Source of the DNA: Nitrosomonas europaea
GTDB taxonomy: Bacteria > Pseudomonadota > Gammaproteobacteria > Burkholderiales > Nitrosomonadaceae
NCBI RefSeq assembly: GCF_900167395.1
Contig: NZ_FUWK01000002.1
Location: 1-32,000 of the forward strand
Direction: 5' to 3'
DNA length: 32,000 nucleotides
The position numbers and the translations under genes were made by a program. Positions 7,975 through 19,298 of this stretch are shown piece by piece (position 1 is the first letter of the stretch; the number at the start of each line of letters is the position of its first letter). Below the pieces are notes generated by a model. The model had not been told where the DNA came from. It saw nothing but the letters and a program-made list of their open reading frames with translations, and did not search any database.

Positions 7975-9492
7975 TTAATCCGTTGATAACAGAGCTAAAT
8001 CAAGCTGAGTAGTACGCTCACCCTGAGACAGGCCGGGATTGTTGCGTTGTGACTCGATTCTGCAGAGATATTCCTGAGTGATATTGCCTGCGATGTATCG
8101 TCCATCGAAACAGGATGTTTCAAAATGCCTGATCTGTGGATCGATCTGAGTGATTGCCTGCCTGAGCGCATCCAGATTCTGATAAACCAGATAATCCGCA
8201 CCGATTTCACGACATATTTCCTCATCGGTTCGATCTGTTGCAATCAGTTCCTGACGAGTTGGCATATCGATACCGTAAACATTAGGAAAACGTACCGGGG
8301 GTGCGGCCGAAGCAAAGTAAACTTTGTTGGCACCAGCCTCACGCGCCATCTGGACGATTTCCCGACTGGTGGTTCCACGCACGATGGAATCATCGACCAG
8401 CAGGATATTCTTGCCGCGAAATTCTATTTCGATCGCATTCAGCTTCTGCCTGACCGATTTCCGGCGTTGTTGCTGGCCTGGCATAATAAAGGTTCTGCCC
8501 ACATAACGATTCTTGACGAACCCTTCCCTGAAACTGATCCCAAGACGGTTGGCAAGCTGCATGGCACTCGGACGGCTGGATTCCGGAATCGGAATGACGA
8601 CATCGATATCGAGATGTTGCATGGAAGTACTGATCTTGTCCGCCAGATTGATACCCATGTTGAGGCGGGTTTCATAAACCGATATTCCATCCAGCATCGA
8701 ATCAGGCCGGGCGAGATAAACGTACTCAAAAATACAGGGATTCAGGCTGGGTAGAGCAGCGCACTGATGACTGTAGAAATGCCCTTCCATATCGATAAAA
8801 ATGGCTTCCCCGGGAGCAACATCGCGGATGAGACGAAAACCCAGCGTATCCAACGCAACACTCTCGGAAGCCACCATGTACTCGGTACCCGCATCTGTTT
8901 CTACTGAACCGAACACGAGCGGCCTGATTCCGTACGGATCGCGGAATGCGAGCAGACCATAGCCTGCAATCATGGCAATAACGGCATAGGCACCCTGACA
9001 GCGTTCGTGTACACCGGCTACTGCCGAGAAAATCTCAGCCAGGTCAAGCTGATAACCGACGGCACGTTCCTGCAACTCGTGCGCCAGTACATTCAGCAAT
9101 ACTTCTGAATCGGAATGCGTATTGACGTGACGCCGGTCTGCAAGAAACAGTTCCTGATTGAGGGTTTCCGCATTGGTCAGATTACCGTTATGGGCCAGCA
9201 CGATACCAAACGGGGAATTTACGTAAAAAGGCTGTGCTTCAGCAGGAGAGGTTGAAGATCCCGCCGTGGGGTAGCGTACATGGCCGATTCCCATGTACCC
9301 CGGCAGCGCACGCATATCCCGGGTACGGAAAACATCCCGTACCAGACCGAGACCTTTATGCATGTGAAAGCTGTTACCTTGTGCAGTAACGATACCGGCA
9401 GCATCCTGACCACGGTGCTGCAGCATCAACAGACCATCATAGAGCAACTGATTGGCGGGTGACCGGGCTACCACGCCTAAAATTCCACACAT
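7975..9492 (-). CDS. purF: Amidophosphoribosyltransferase
   Basis: 505 aa. The N-terminus MCGILGVV carries the Ntn catalytic Cys. The PRPP-binding motif [14 protein letters not shown] is present. Confidence 0.95.
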   Translation of the reverse strand: MCGILGVVARSPANQLLYDGLLMLQHRGQDAAGIVTAQGNSFHMHKGLGLVRDVFRTRDMRALPGYMGIGHVRYPTAGSSTSPAEAQPFYVNSPFGIVLAHNGNLTNAETLNQELFLADRRHVNTHSDSEVLLNVLAHELQERAVGYQLDLAEIFSAVAGVHERCQGAYAVIAMIAGYGLLAFRDPYGIRPLVFGSVETDAGTEYMVASESVALDTLGFRLIRDVAPGEAIFIDMEGHFYSHQCAALPSLNPCIFEYVYLARPDSMLDGISVYETRLNMGINLADKISTSMQHLDIDVVIPIPESSRPSAMQLANRLGISFREGFVKNRYVGRTFIMPGQQQRRKSVRQKLNAIEIEFRGKNILLVDDSIVRGTTSREIVQMAREAGANKVYFASAAPPVRFPNVYGIDMPTRQELIATDRTDEEICREIGADYLVYQNLDALRQAITQIDPQIRHFETSCFDGRYIAGNITQEYLCRIESQRNNPGLSQGERTTQLDLALLSTD

Positions 9493-9596
9493 AGCGAACT
9501 CGCTGAAAAAAGTGGATCATAAAACTTCCTGCAACTGACTGCCGTATCTGTATGAGCCACGAGATACGAATTTCTTATTCGGTCACGACATGAATG

Positions 9597-10097
9597 TTAG
9601 CTGTTTCTGTCGAAGCCAATGAGATTTCTGAAATCCTGAGGTAACCAGGGAATGATATCTGCTGTCATTACTTCCAGAGGTTCGCTCAGTACCGCCTGTT
9701 TCCAGAAGGGCTGTTGCGGCAGTGGCGTAAAACCGGCCGCTGTTATCAGAAACAATACGATCACCAGCCCGCGAATCATCCCGAATAGTGCCCCCAGCAT
9801 CCTGTCTATCAGACCGAGCCCCACTCCCCTCACCAGTGCGGACAGCAGTTTGGACGCCAGCATCGTGATCAGGAGAACGATGAAAAATGTCGCGCTGAAT
9901 GCGACCAGCATGCGTATGGATTCGTTCTCGACCATACCTGCCAGCAAAGGTGCCACATTGATTGAATAACGGCTGGCGGCAAAGAATGCAATGATCCAGG
10001 CAAGAAGCGACACTATTTCATGTACCAGACCGCGCGTAATACTCAGCAAGGCTGAGAAAGATATGATTCCAATAACGATGTAATCAAAAACGGTCAT
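9597..10097 (-). CDS. cvpA: CvpA-family (colicin V production) membrane protein
   Basis: 166 aa with 4 TM helices. The N-terminus (FDYIVIGIISFSALLSITRGLVHEI) is typical of CvpA. The position upstream of purF is conserved. Confidence 0.85.
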   Translation of the reverse strand: MTVFDYIVIGIISFSALLSITRGLVHEIVSLLAWIIAFFAASRYSINVAPLLAGMVENESIRMLVAFSATFFIVLLITMLASKLLSALVRGVGLGLIDRMLGALFGMIRGLVIVLFLITAAGFTPLPQQPFWKQAVLSEPLEVMTADIIPWLPQDFRNLIGFDRNS

Positions 10098-10750
10098 TTA
10101 GTCGTCACGACACCGCTCAAACCGGTCTTTTTCAAGCGTTCATGCTCTGCTTCGGCAGCGTCCCGTGTGGCAAACGGGCCGATACGCACGCGAGTCATTT
10201 CATTGTTGCCGACCTTGATCGTCTCGGTATATGCCCTGATTCCGTTTGCAACGAGATTCTGCTGTTGCTGCTTTGCTTTGGAAACATCGGAAAATGCACC
10301 CAATTGTATGACAAATGCACCTTCCTGTACTTTCACATTGTTACTGGCAGGCACCTTCTCCTGCACAACCGGCGCCGGAACCGAAGCCGGAGTGGATTTT
10401 ACAAACGGTGGTTTTTTTGCAGGAACCGGTATTCCACTCGTGCTTCTACCACTTTCTATTTTCCCGGAGTACTCGGAGTCACTGAAAGGTAACGGTTTAT
10501 CCGGATCAGATGCAATCTCTGCTTCATCAATGGCTGGAGCATTTTCCGGAGTCATCCACGGATAAGTTTCTGCTGTCAGTTCTTCGGAAGGAATCTGGAT
10601 ATCGATCTGCTGTTGTTCCTGCTGAGGTGCATCATCGAGAATCATGGGCAGGAAGACAACCGACAGAATCACGAATGTAACGGCACCGATAAAGCGTCTT
10701 CTGGCACGCTTCCTCAGAAGAATTTCTTCTTCACTGACATTTTTGATCAT
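10094..10750 (-). CDS. SPOR-domain cell-division protein (DedD-like)
   Basis: 218 aa. It has an N-terminal basic stretch plus TM helix and a Pro/Glu-rich linker. The C-terminal SPOR-like domain reads FVIQLGAFSDVSKAKQQQQNLVANGIRAYTE....RVRIGPFATRDAAEAEHERLKK. An ATGA overlap links it to cvpA. Confidence 0.75.
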   Translation of the reverse strand: MIKNVSEEEILLRKRARRRFIGAVTFVILSVVFLPMILDDAPQQEQQQIDIQIPSEELTAETYPWMTPENAPAIDEAEIASDPDKPLPFSDSEYSGKIESGRSTSGIPVPAKKPPFVKSTPASVPAPVVQEKVPASNNVKVQEGAFVIQLGAFSDVSKAKQQQQNLVANGIRAYTETIKVGNNEMTRVRIGPFATRDAAEAEHERLKKTGLSGVVTTK

Positions 10751-10770
10751 TTTTGATTATCCGCTCATCT

Positions 10771-12063
10771 TTAAGAATCTGATTCGCCTAAACCCGTCAT
10801 CACTGGGCTAACGGTATGGAACGACCCGAATACGCATATTCTATCATCATCACTGGCATGTTCATGTGCGTAAACATAGGCACTCTGCACATCCGGGAAC
10901 GCATGCAGAATATTCCGCCGTTCAACACCGGCCTCTTCGAGTGCCTGCAGGACTTCATTCGCCGATGCACCTCTCGCTACATCCAGACCCGAGATCAGCC
11001 AGCAATCCACATTGTTTTTCAGTGCCCGAAGCGTGCCGGCCATATCCTTGTCTTTCAGCATCCCTACCACTGCATAAGTACACCCTTTTACCGGCAGAGT
11101 TTCCAGATTGGCCGACAATCTGCGAGCTGCTGCCGGATTATGCGCCACGTCCAGAATGATCACAGGTCGTGCTGAAATCATTTGAAATCTGCCCGCCAGG
11201 GTGACTTCGACCAATCCACGACGGATGGCATCCATCGGGACAGGAAATACCTCTTCCAGGACGTCCAGTGCAGCCAACACTGCACTCGCGTTTTGCAATT
11301 GACAGTCTCCCTTGAGAGCCGGCAGCGGTAAGCTGCAATGACGCCCGGACACGCCTTGATAGCGCCATTGTAGATGATCTGCGGTATAGCTGAAAGCTTC
11401 ATCGATACAGTAGAGTCTGACATTCATGGCTCGCATCTTTTCGCGAAGATTGCCGGGGATATCCGGTTCGGCACAGATCGCCGGTTTGTCTGCCCGGAAG
11501 ATACCGATCTTCTCCTGACCGATGGCTTCCCGTGTCGATCCGAGGTAATCCGTATGATCCAGATCGATACTGGTCAGAATCGCACAGTCGGTATCGAACA
11601 CATTGACTGCATCCAGGCGCCCCCCCAACCCGACTTCCAGGATGGCCACATCCACACGCGACCGCAGGAATATCAGCATGGCAGCCAGGGTACCGAATTC
11701 AAAATAGGTCAGCGTAGTCTGAACTGATTCACGTGCAGATTCAATTTCAGCGAATACCTCACACAGGACTTCATCGGTGATTTCATGTCGATCGATCCGT
11801 ATCCGCTCGTTGTAACGCAACAAGTGCGGTGAGGTATAACACCCCACCCGGTAGGATGCGCAGCCGAGTATCGACTCAAGCATCGCGCAGACTGAGCCTT
11901 TGCCATTTGTGCCGGCAATGGTAATGACGGGAAACTCCGGCTTCAATTTCAAGGCATCTCTGACTTTCTTCACCCGTTCCAGACCCATATCGATCATTTT
12001 AGGGTGAAGTTTTTCGAGATAGCTTAACCAGCTCTCCAGGGTTGCTGGTCGGATATCAATCAT
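10771..12063 (-). CDS. folC: Bifunctional folylpolyglutamate synthase / dihydrofolate synthase
   Basis: It carries TIAGTNGKGSV (P-loop) and an N-terminus (LESWLSYLEKLHPKMIDMGLERV) that aligns with the E. coli FolC N-terminus. That alignment favours ATG 12063 over the ORF-track start 12108. Confidence 0.9.
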   Translation of the reverse strand: MIDIRPATLESWLSYLEKLHPKMIDMGLERVKKVRDALKLKPEFPVITIAGTNGKGSVCAMLESILGCASYRVGCYTSPHLLRYNERIRIDRHEITDEVLCEVFAEIESARESVQTTLTYFEFGTLAAMLIFLRSRVDVAILEVGLGGRLDAVNVFDTDCAILTSIDLDHTDYLGSTREAIGQEKIGIFRADKPAICAEPDIPGNLREKMRAMNVRLYCIDEAFSYTADHLQWRYQGVSGRHCSLPLPALKGDCQLQNASAVLAALDVLEEVFPVPMDAIRRGLVEVTLAGRFQMISARPVIILDVAHNPAAARRLSANLETLPVKGCTYAVVGMLKDKDMAGTLRALKNNVDCWLISGLDVARGASANEVLQALEEAGVERRNILHAFPDVQSAYVYAHEHASDDDRICVFGSFHTVSPVMTGLGESDS

Positions 12064-12212
12064 CGATCTGAATGAGGAGGAGTAAAGGAAGTATTGCCGC
12101 CATGGCAAACAGCAGACTTACATGGTCGCTTTCATTTGACATGGCAGCCGTTCAAAGGGTAACAGCGGGTTTCAAGCAATCCGGATTTGATCCGCGACCG
12201 AATCAACAACCA

Positions 12213-13106
12213 TCAGGGATCTGCAGGCACGGCAGTCGGTAATACAGGAACCGGGATACGCATTAGTAACGTGCAGAGATTTGCCAGCCGATCACGTATT
12301 TCGCGGCGATCGATGATCAGATCTATGGCACCATGCGCCAGTAAAAACTCTGCTCGCTGAAAACCTTCGGGTAATGTTTGGCGTACGGTTTGCTCGATGA
12401 CACGCGGTCCGGCAAAACCGATCAGCGCTCCAGGCTCGGCAATCACGACATCACCGATGAATGCGAAACTGGCAGAGACTCCTCCCATCGTAGGATCTGT
12501 CAGCACAGAAATAAAAGGCAGCCGCTCTTTGCTCAACTGCTCCAGTGCTGCGGTCGTCTTCGCCATTTGCATCAGCGAAAACAAGCCTTCCTGCATACGG
12601 GCCCCCCCGCTTGCACTGAAACAGATGAAAGGCAGATGATGTGTAACACAGGCTTTTACAGCACGGACGAAACGCTCACCAACCACGGATCCCATGGATC
12701 CACCCATAAAACCAAATTCGAAAACAGCAGCAACAACCGGGACTGATTTGATATTGCCACGCATGGCCACCAGTGAATCTGTCTCGCCAGTAGCTTCATG
12801 TGCATCGCTCAGCCTGTCCGTATAGCGTTTGCTGTCACGAAATTTCAGGGGATCCTGCGGAATGATATCGGTACCGATTTCATGGCGATCCTGAGAATCC
12901 AGTAACAGTTCGAGACGCTTGCGGGCTGAAATGCGGTTGTGGTGACCACATTTGGGACAAACATTGAGATTTTTTGCCAGATCGGTACAGTAAAGTACAG
13001 CCTCGCAACTGGCACATTTGCTCCACAAGCCTTCGGGAACGGCCTTTTTCTCACCGTTCTCCTTACGTTTGATTTTGGGTGGAATGATGCTTTCAAACCA
13101 ACTCAT
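12213..13106 (-). CDS. accD: Acetyl-CoA carboxylase carboxyltransferase beta subunit
   Basis: 297 aa with the N-terminal Zn-ribbon CASCEAVLY...CPKCGHH and the carboxyltransferase core [10 protein letters not shown]...SGGARMQEG. Confidence 0.95.
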   Translation of the reverse strand: MSWFESIIPPKIKRKENGEKKAVPEGLWSKCASCEAVLYCTDLAKNLNVCPKCGHHNRISARKRLELLLDSQDRHEIGTDIIPQDPLKFRDSKRYTDRLSDAHEATGETDSLVAMRGNIKSVPVVAAVFEFGFMGGSMGSVVGERFVRAVKACVTHHLPFICFSASGGARMQEGLFSLMQMAKTTAALEQLSKERLPFISVLTDPTMGGVSASFAFIGDVVIAEPGALIGFAGPRVIEQTVRQTLPEGFQRAEFLLAHGAIDLIIDRREIRDRLANLCTLLMRIPVPVLPTAVPADP

Positions 13107-13109
13107 ACA

Positions 13110-13937
13110 TCACTTCTCCGTAATAGAAGAATGATCGGATTTTGCGTCGATTGCACGCCGCAAAGACTCTACCAGGGCTCCCACATTCGCCAGCAGATCC
13201 GCCGCTGGAGAGTGTTCGATTTCTTCCACGATGCGGCTGCCTATGACTACCGCATCAGCCTGTTCTGCAATACGCCGTGCCGTTTGTTCATCTCGTATAC
13301 CGAAACCTACTCCAATCGGAATGTTGATGTACGAACGAAGCTGCGACAGTTTGTCGCCAACCTCATGCAAATCAAGATGTGAAGCGCCCGTAACTCCCTT
13401 CAGAGAAACATAATAGACGTACCCTCTGGCAAGCTCCGCAACCCGCCTGATGCGTGACTCAGGTGTCGTGGGAGATAACAGAAAAATCGGATCGATGTTC
13501 TGCTCTTTCAAATAGCGCACCCATTCAGTACATTCTTCCGGCGGATAATCGACGACCAGAACACCATCGACTCCGGCATGGCCGGCTGTTTGCACAAAAT
13601 CTTTATAGCCCATGGCCTCGATCGGGTTGGCATATCCCATGAGGACCACCGGTGTACTCTGATTGGTTTTTCTGAACTCGGCCACCATGGAAAATACATC
13701 TTTCAGACTGATGTGATGTTTCAATGCACGCTCTGAAGAGCGCTGTATGGTTGGCCCGTCCGCCATGGGATCAGAAAACGGGACTCCCAGTTCGATCAGA
13801 TCCACTCCGGCCTGCGTCAACCGGTGCATCAACGCCACTGTCGTAGTTGCGTCAGGATCACCCGCCGTGATGAAGGGAATGAGCGCAGCTCTATTCTGTG
13901 ATTTGAGCTGGGAAAAGACAGATTGGATACGATTCAT
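13110..13937 (-). CDS. trpA: Tryptophan synthase alpha chain
   Basis: 275 aa with LIPFITAGDP, ELGVPFSDPMADGPTIQ and GFGI motifs. Confidence 0.95.
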   Translation of the reverse strand: MNRIQSVFSQLKSQNRAALIPFITAGDPDATTTVALMHRLTQAGVDLIELGVPFSDPMADGPTIQRSSERALKHHISLKDVFSMVAEFRKTNQSTPVVLMGYANPIEAMGYKDFVQTAGHAGVDGVLVVDYPPEECTEWVRYLKEQNIDPIFLLSPTTPESRIRRVAELARGYVYYVSLKGVTGASHLDLHEVGDKLSQLRSYINIPIGVGFGIRDEQTARRIAEQADAVVIGSRIVEEIEHSPAADLLANVGALVESLRRAIDAKSDHSSITEK

Positions 13938-13989
13938 TTGACAGATGATCAGAAAAATTCAGGCAGGATGAGGTTCATGGGCTGCCCGG

Positions 13990-15189
13990 TTAGAGCGAAA
14001 TGCCCGACTGCTGCGCTACCGTTGCCATATCCTTGTCTCCACGGCCGGACAGATTGACCAGAAGCAACTGGTCTTTATTGAGCGTTGGTGCGAGTTTGGC
14101 TGCATAAGCCAGGGCATGGCTGGATTCCAGAGCAGGAATGATGCCCTCGAACCGGCAAAGTGCATGAAATGCAGCCAGTGCTTCATCATCCGTCACAGCC
14201 ACATACTCGGCACGGCCACAATCCTTGAGCCATGCATGCTCCGGTCCTACACCCGGATAATCCAGGCCGGCAGAAATTGAATGTGTCTCGATGATCTGAC
14301 CGTTCTCATCTTGTATCAGATAAGTACGATTACCATGCAGCACACCCGGTCTGCCCGTCACCAGCGTGGCTGCGTGCTCGTGTGTATCGATCCCTTTGCC
14401 GGCAGCTTCCACACCGATCATCCGGACATTTTCTTCATCAATATAAGGATAGAACAGGCCAATGGCGTTGGATCCCCCTCCCACGCATGCGATCAGAGCA
14501 TCCGGCTGTCTGCCATACTCTTCCCGCATCTGTTGCCTGGCCTCATTCCCGATAATTGCCTGAAAATCTCTGACCATCATTGGATAAGGATGTGGCCCTG
14601 CCACCGTTCCAATGATGTAGTAAGTGTTACTTACGTTGGTAACCCAGTCACGCATGGCTTCATTCAATGCGTCCTTGAGTGTGCACGAACCTGAATCGAC
14701 CGGAATGACCGTGGCTCCGAGCAACTTCATACGATAAACGTTGGTGGCCTGTCGTTTGACATCCTCGGAACCCATGTATACGACACATTCCATTCCGTAC
14801 CGGGCAGCAACGGTAGCACTGGCCACCCCATGCTGACCAGCACCCGTTTCAGCGATGATGCGACCTTTTCCCATTCGCCTTGCAAGCAAAGCCTGACCCA
14901 CGGTATTGTTTACCTTGTGTGCGCCTGTGTGATTGAGGTCTTCACGTTTCAGCAGGATTTGTGCGCCCCCCAGATGTTCTGACCAGCGTTTGGCGTGGTA
15001 AATGGGACTGGGGCGACCTACATAGTGCTTGAGCTCATGAAAAAACTCTGCCTGAAATTCGGCATCATCACGATAGTATTCATACTGCTTACACAGCTCA
15101 TCCAGGGCGGAAATCAGGGTTTCAGCCACGAATGTACCGCCATACGGGCCAAAATGGCCACGTTTATCAGGAAGATCGTACATCTTCAC
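13990..15189 (-). CDS. trpB: Tryptophan synthase beta chain
   Basis: 399 aa with [11 protein letters not shown], the PLP-Lys motif [11 protein letters not shown] and GGGSNAIG. Confidence 0.95.
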   Translation of the reverse strand: MKMYDLPDKRGHFGPYGGTFVAETLISALDELCKQYEYYRDDAEFQAEFFHELKHYVGRPSPIYHAKRWSEHLGGAQILLKREDLNHTGAHKVNNTVGQALLARRMGKGRIIAETGAGQHGVASATVAARYGMECVVYMGSEDVKRQATNVYRMKLLGATVIPVDSGSCTLKDALNEAMRDWVTNVSNTYYIIGTVAGPHPYPMMVRDFQAIIGNEARQQMREEYGRQPDALIACVGGGSNAIGLFYPYIDEENVRMIGVEAAGKGIDTHEHAATLVTGRPGVLHGNRTYLIQDENGQIIETHSISAGLDYPGVGPEHAWLKDCGRAEYVAVTDDEALAAFHALCRFEGIIPALESSHALAYAAKLAPTLNKDQLLLVNLSGRGDKDMATVAQQSGISL

Positions 15190-15802
15190 AGGACCTCACT
15201 CTTTGCATGAAAGCAGAAATTTTGTTCACATCCTTGATACCTTTGGCGACCTCGACACCACTCGAAACATCGATTGCTGACAGATGTGTCTGTCCGATGG
15301 CATCGGTAATATTGCCGGGATGAAGTCCGCCGGACAGTATCCATGGCAACGGCAACTCTGCGGGAATGAGTTTCCAATCGAACACATGGCCAGTCCCCCC
15401 TGGTATTCCTGCTGTATAAGCATCCAGCAATAATCCTCTGGCTCCCGCGTAATGTTGCGCGTATTGTAGCAAATCCAGCCCGTCCCGGACACGAACAGCT
15501 TTGATATACGGCAGATGAAACCGGCTGCAGAAATCGGCAGATTCATCCCCATGAAACTGCAGGAGATCAAGCCCGGCAGTGGCACTGGTCTCCTCCACCC
15601 ACGATTTATCAGGATTTACATACACACCTACCGCCCGTACGAACGGGGGCAGGCATTTCACGATCCGGCCCGCTTCTTCAGGTGAAATATATCGTTCACT
15701 CTGCGGCCATAAAATAAAGCCGATGGCATCCGCACCATGTTGCACAGCAGCCATGGCATCTTCCAGGCGGGTAATACCGCATATTTTTACACGGATGCGC
15801 AC
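15167..15802 (-). CDS. trpF: Phosphoribosylanthranilate isomerase
   Basis: 211 aa with [18 protein letters not shown] and GGL..GN motifs. Its 3' end overlaps the trpB start by 23 nt. Confidence 0.9.
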   Translation of the reverse strand: MRIRVKICGITRLEDAMAAVQHGADAIGFILWPQSERYISPEEAGRIVKCLPPFVRAVGVYVNPDKSWVEETSATAGLDLLQFHGDESADFCSRFHLPYIKAVRVRDGLDLLQYAQHYAGARGLLLDAYTAGIPGGTGHVFDWKLIPAELPLPWILSGGLHPGNITDAIGQTHLSAIDVSSGVEVAKGIKDVNKISAFMQRVRSCEDVRSS

Positions 15803-15858
15803 TCAATCTCCTTTTGGCACTCTGCCGGATTCTCCGGATAGTTATGCTCTGAATCGTT

Positions 15859-16683
15859 CTATATGATATCCAGCGGCCGGGTAACGTTAAAAACAGGCAA
15901 ATTCCATCTGGCATCATATCGGACACCAGACAAATACAATCCATCCGGCGAGAATGTCGGCGCGGCAAGTGTACGGTCACGTTTTTCCAGGAGTATCCGC
16001 ATCCATTCAGGAGGATATTTTCCCCGGCCAATATAGACCAATCCGCCGAGAATGTTTCGAACCATATGATGCAGAAATGCATTGGCACAGAATTCAAAAA
16101 CGAAAAGCTGCTGATGCTGGCTGATATTCAGCCTGGTAAGCTGCCGTATGGCAGTTCTCGACTGACACTCCGATGAACGAAATGCACTGAAATCATGTTT
16201 GCCAATCAGCAGCTTTGCTGCCATCTGCATTTTCTCAAGATCGAGCGGGTAATGGACCCACCCGATTTTTCCGTGATGAATACCGGGACGGGCAGGACGA
16301 CTCAACAGATAATACAAATAGGTACGCTCGGTTGCACTAAAACGGGCATGGAAATCATCACTGACTTCCGAAGCTTCCAATATCGAAATATCACCTGGCA
16401 AAAGTGCGTTGGTTCCTCTGATCCAGGCATTCAAAGGCCGTCGTACACAGGTCTCAAGATGCACCACCTGACATAATGCATGCACGCCTGCATCAGTTCT
16501 CCCTGCTGCGACAACCTGTATCTGTCTGCCTGCAACCCCTGATAAAGCACTCTCCAGTCGGCTCTGTACAGAAAGGCAGCCGGGCTGTTTTTGCCAGCCA
16601 CAATAGCCACGGCCGTCATATTCCAGCGCCAGAACGATTTTCACGAAAAAATGTTTATTCCTTTTAGGTGGTATCACTGTCAT
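15859..16683 (-). CDS. truA: tRNA pseudouridine(38-40) synthase
   Basis: 274 aa with LEYDGRGYCGWQKQ, AGRTDAGVHA (catalytic Asp), FHARFSA and FLHHMVRNI motifs. Confidence 0.9.
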   Translation of the reverse strand: MTVIPPKRNKHFFVKIVLALEYDGRGYCGWQKQPGCLSVQSRLESALSGVAGRQIQVVAAGRTDAGVHALCQVVHLETCVRRPLNAWIRGTNALLPGDISILEASEVSDDFHARFSATERTYLYYLLSRPARPGIHHGKIGWVHYPLDLEKMQMAAKLLIGKHDFSAFRSSECQSRTAIRQLTRLNISQHQQLFVFEFCANAFLHHMVRNILGGLVYIGRGKYPPEWMRILLEKRDRTLAAPTFSPDGLYLSGVRYDARWNLPVFNVTRPLDII

Positions 16684-16802
16684 CCCGATTTGAAGACATA
16701 GAAAACCACCTGACCAGAATGGTCAATATAAGAATCTATTCAGATCAAAAGAGGTTTGTATTTCTTCTGGATCACCAGAAATGTTCCCGGCAGACCAGAG
16801 GC

Positions 16803-19172
16803 TCAACTTATTTGATCCAGCATGGAACGAGCCGTGGATTGTTGTTCATCATCACCTTCGCGCAGCACTTCTTCAAGAATTTCCCTGGCTCCGTCCCTAT
16901 CATCCATTTCAAGATAGGCTTTGGCCAGATCGAGTTTAGTCGCGACTTCCTGCCACTGCATTTCCTCAGCTTCAGAATATTCACCCGATTGAAACTTCGT
17001 ATCAGACTTATCTCCCAGATCAAGATCAATATTTGCCAGATTGGAACCCAAATCCGACAATTCATTCTTCACACGCGATTCCGATTCTTGAGCTTCCGTG
17101 TCAACCGGAAGATCCAGATCAAAATCGATCTGATGCTCGTCATGCAATGAAACAAATTCTTCAACAGTATCCTGCTGTTGCACTGAATCGGGCTTACGCT
17201 CCAGACCGGTATCAGTGGCCGTGAAAATCCACTGCTCACCTATATCATCTTTATCATTTTCTCCGGTTTCAACGATGGCCTCTTGCTTGTATTCAGTCTG
17301 ATCAGGCTCTTCCGTATCAATTTTGATCTCATAACCCAATTCATCCAGTTCGTTGAATGTCGCATCCTCTTCTTCCTGAATCTGGCTGGCTGAATCATCG
17401 AGAAAAGAATCTTCTGTGATCCTCTCATCCTGCCTGCTTCCAAAAAACAACCCCGGATCGACATCAGTGTGATCGTCAGTCGAACTGGAATTTTCCATCA
17501 TTATCGGGCCAGCAGCCTGTTGGGCTGATCCAATCGTACTCTCCGAACTTTCCAGATTTTCTAAACCAGATGGCATGGCTTCAGCCATTACTGATGTTCC
17601 CGAGCCATTATCCTTCTCATTAAAATCATATAGATCATCTTCAGCGTTCAGATCCTCTGTCTGTGCTCTTCTGCGGCGAACCACCGATGCTCCGAGAGCA
17701 ATCGTCAGCAATGTCGCCAGACCACCAACAACCCATTCACTGTTCTCCATCGCAGACTCAACCAGTGTATCCATCAAAGCAGGCTCCTCTGATACAGGGT
17801 CGGCTGGCTGGAGAGATTTAGCCGACGACATCGGATTAACCGGCTGTACAGGAATGGTAACAGGCAATGCCGATTTTTCCGGAGTCTGAGCAGCTGATTC
17901 AGAAGTCTCAGCCACGGTTCCGGTCTGATCAGTTATTACAGGAACTGGTTGCAGGTCAGATACATGTTGAGCCTGATCTAATTCAGCTTGCCCCTTGTTC
18001 CCGGAAGCCTCCTCTTTCAACTCCAGCAGGCGCTGTAATTTGGCGACATTCTGCTCCAGAATGGCCACTCGCTCATTCGCTTCACGCAATGCCCGCTCTT
18101 TTGCAATCGCATCTTCTTCCATCATGTGCAAATAGTTCTGAGCAGTCTTGCTTTCAGCACTTTTGACAGATGAGTGGCTGTCATCCAGCAATTCACCTTT
18201 CGAAAGAATCAGCACCTCTTCCGGTTTGCCTGATCCTGCAACCGAAGTATCTTCAGAAACGGTTATGATTTTTCCCGATTGAGACTGTTTCAGCTCGTTC
18301 TTTCCTGGTGCATCGCCGGCCAGATCCGCAATTCTCTGACGATAACTGTTCCAGCTTTCTTTCTGCACCGCTACTTCACGAGCAGCTTCTTTAACCGTAA
18401 TGGACGATATCTCTTCCTCGTCGGGAATGCGCAGAATGACGCCCACCTTGAGCAGATTCATATTCTTTTCGAGGAAAGCATCTCTGTTCGCACGATACAG
18501 CGCAACCAGCATGTGATTGAGACTGACGCTATCAGGGGATACCTGTCTTGCAATTCTGCTCAAGGTATCTCCCTGCATAACCGGACCATAGGTATTACCA
18601 GTCTGAACGGCTGATTTCTCCTGAGATACCGGCTGCCTTTCTGCTTTAACGAAAGGCTGCGTTTCCCCCGCAGCAGTTGCAGCAGAATCTTCTGCCTGGT
18701 TGCCGGCTGATTGTATAACCGGCGGCGCAGTGGCCGGTTTTCGGGTATCGGCAGGATCAAGCAGAACGTTGTACTCACGTAGCATACGCCCCGAGGATGA
18801 GTGAAGCTCGATCAGTAATTTAAGAAAAGGTTCACTGATTGCCTGTGATGAAACCACGCGAACATAAGGCTGCCCATCCGTTCGTTTTTCCACAGCCACG
18901 GACAAGGTCGCATGATAGGGGGCAAGATTGATACCTGCTTTCTGAAAAATTTTGGGTGAAGCAAGCCTGGCAGATAGTGTATTGATTTCTTTATCAGTTA
19001 CAGATTCCAGAGCTATCTCTGCTTTGAGGGGCTGACCAAGATATGAGCTCACGGTCAATTTTCCCAGACCAGCCGCCTGGACGACCCAGACGGACATAAG
19101 CATACCTGTCAAAAATGCTTTGTATAAAACGCAAGGAGATATATCCCTGGCCCTGAAATTCATTATCTTCAC
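16803..19172 (-). CDS. fimV: FimV-family peptidoglycan-binding type IV pilus assembly/polar hub protein
   Basis: 789 aa. It has a signal peptide and the N-terminal FimV motif LGKLTVSSYLGQPLKAEIAL. The LysM domain reads GDTLSRIARQV...LKVGVILRIP. It also has one TM helix (VVGGLATLLTIALGASVV), a very acidic C-terminal half and the terminal FimV-C motif KLDLAKAYLEMDDRDGAREILEEVL. The asd-fimV-truA position is conserved. Confidence 0.8.
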   Translation of the reverse strand: MKIMNFRARDISPCVLYKAFLTGMLMSVWVVQAAGLGKLTVSSYLGQPLKAEIALESVTDKEINTLSARLASPKIFQKAGINLAPYHATLSVAVEKRTDGQPYVRVVSSQAISEPFLKLLIELHSSSGRMLREYNVLLDPADTRKPATAPPVIQSAGNQAEDSAATAAGETQPFVKAERQPVSQEKSAVQTGNTYGPVMQGDTLSRIARQVSPDSVSLNHMLVALYRANRDAFLEKNMNLLKVGVILRIPDEEEISSITVKEAAREVAVQKESWNSYRQRIADLAGDAPGKNELKQSQSGKIITVSEDTSVAGSGKPEEVLILSKGELLDDSHSSVKSAESKTAQNYLHMMEEDAIAKERALREANERVAILEQNVAKLQRLLELKEEASGNKGQAELDQAQHVSDLQPVPVITDQTGTVAETSESAAQTPEKSALPVTIPVQPVNPMSSAKSLQPADPVSEEPALMDTLVESAMENSEWVVGGLATLLTIALGASVVRRRRAQTEDLNAEDDLYDFNEKDNGSGTSVMAEAMPSGLENLESSESTIGSAQQAAGPIMMENSSSTDDHTDVDPGLFFGSRQDERITEDSFLDDSASQIQEEEDATFNELDELGYEIKIDTEEPDQTEYKQEAIVETGENDKDDIGEQWIFTATDTGLERKPDSVQQQDTVEEFVSLHDEHQIDFDLDLPVDTEAQESESRVKNELSDLGSNLANIDLDLGDKSDTKFQSGEYSEAEEMQWQEVATKLDLAKAYLEMDDRDGAREILEEVLREGDDEQQSTARSMLDQIS

Positions 19173-19218
19173 ACGAATACCCCTCGACGTTATCCGAGTA
19201 CCATGGTTCGAGAACCGT

Positions 19219-19262
19219 AAAAACAGCAGATATCATAGAGAAATGTCATAACACTTCTGCTG
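19219..19262 (-). terminator. Terminator-like structure downstream of asd
   Basis: On the minus strand, CAGCAGA (19262-19256) pairs with TCTGCTG (19230-19224) and is followed by TTTTT (19223-19219). The loop is long (25 nt) and can form an alternative 8-bp inner hairpin. Confidence 0.35.
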
Positions 19263-19298
19263 TGCAGTGGTTCAAAACCAGGAACGATTGGAAAGATT

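Noticed and set aside
8125-8754. A 209-aa plus-strand ORF inside purF. Similar antisense ORFs occur at 12939-13382, 14281-14694, 19434-19856, 29820-30281 and 31489-31947
   Set aside because: All of them lie antisense within strongly supported conserved genes (purF, accD/trpA, trpB, asd, rfbC, the HIBADH-family gene) and lack recognisable motifs or RBS. They are typical shadow ORFs.
9543-9568. Inverted repeat CGTATCT-N12-AGATACG between cvpA and purF
   Set aside because: The stem is only 7 bp with a large loop. No U-tract follows on the transcribed (minus) strand and I recognise no PurR-box-like sequence. It is probably incidental.
16668-17150. A 160-aa plus-strand ORF at the truA/fimV junction
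   Set aside because: It is mostly antisense to the conserved FimV C-terminal domain. Its low-complexity Ile/Phe/Arg-rich translation mirrors the acidic FimV coding strand.
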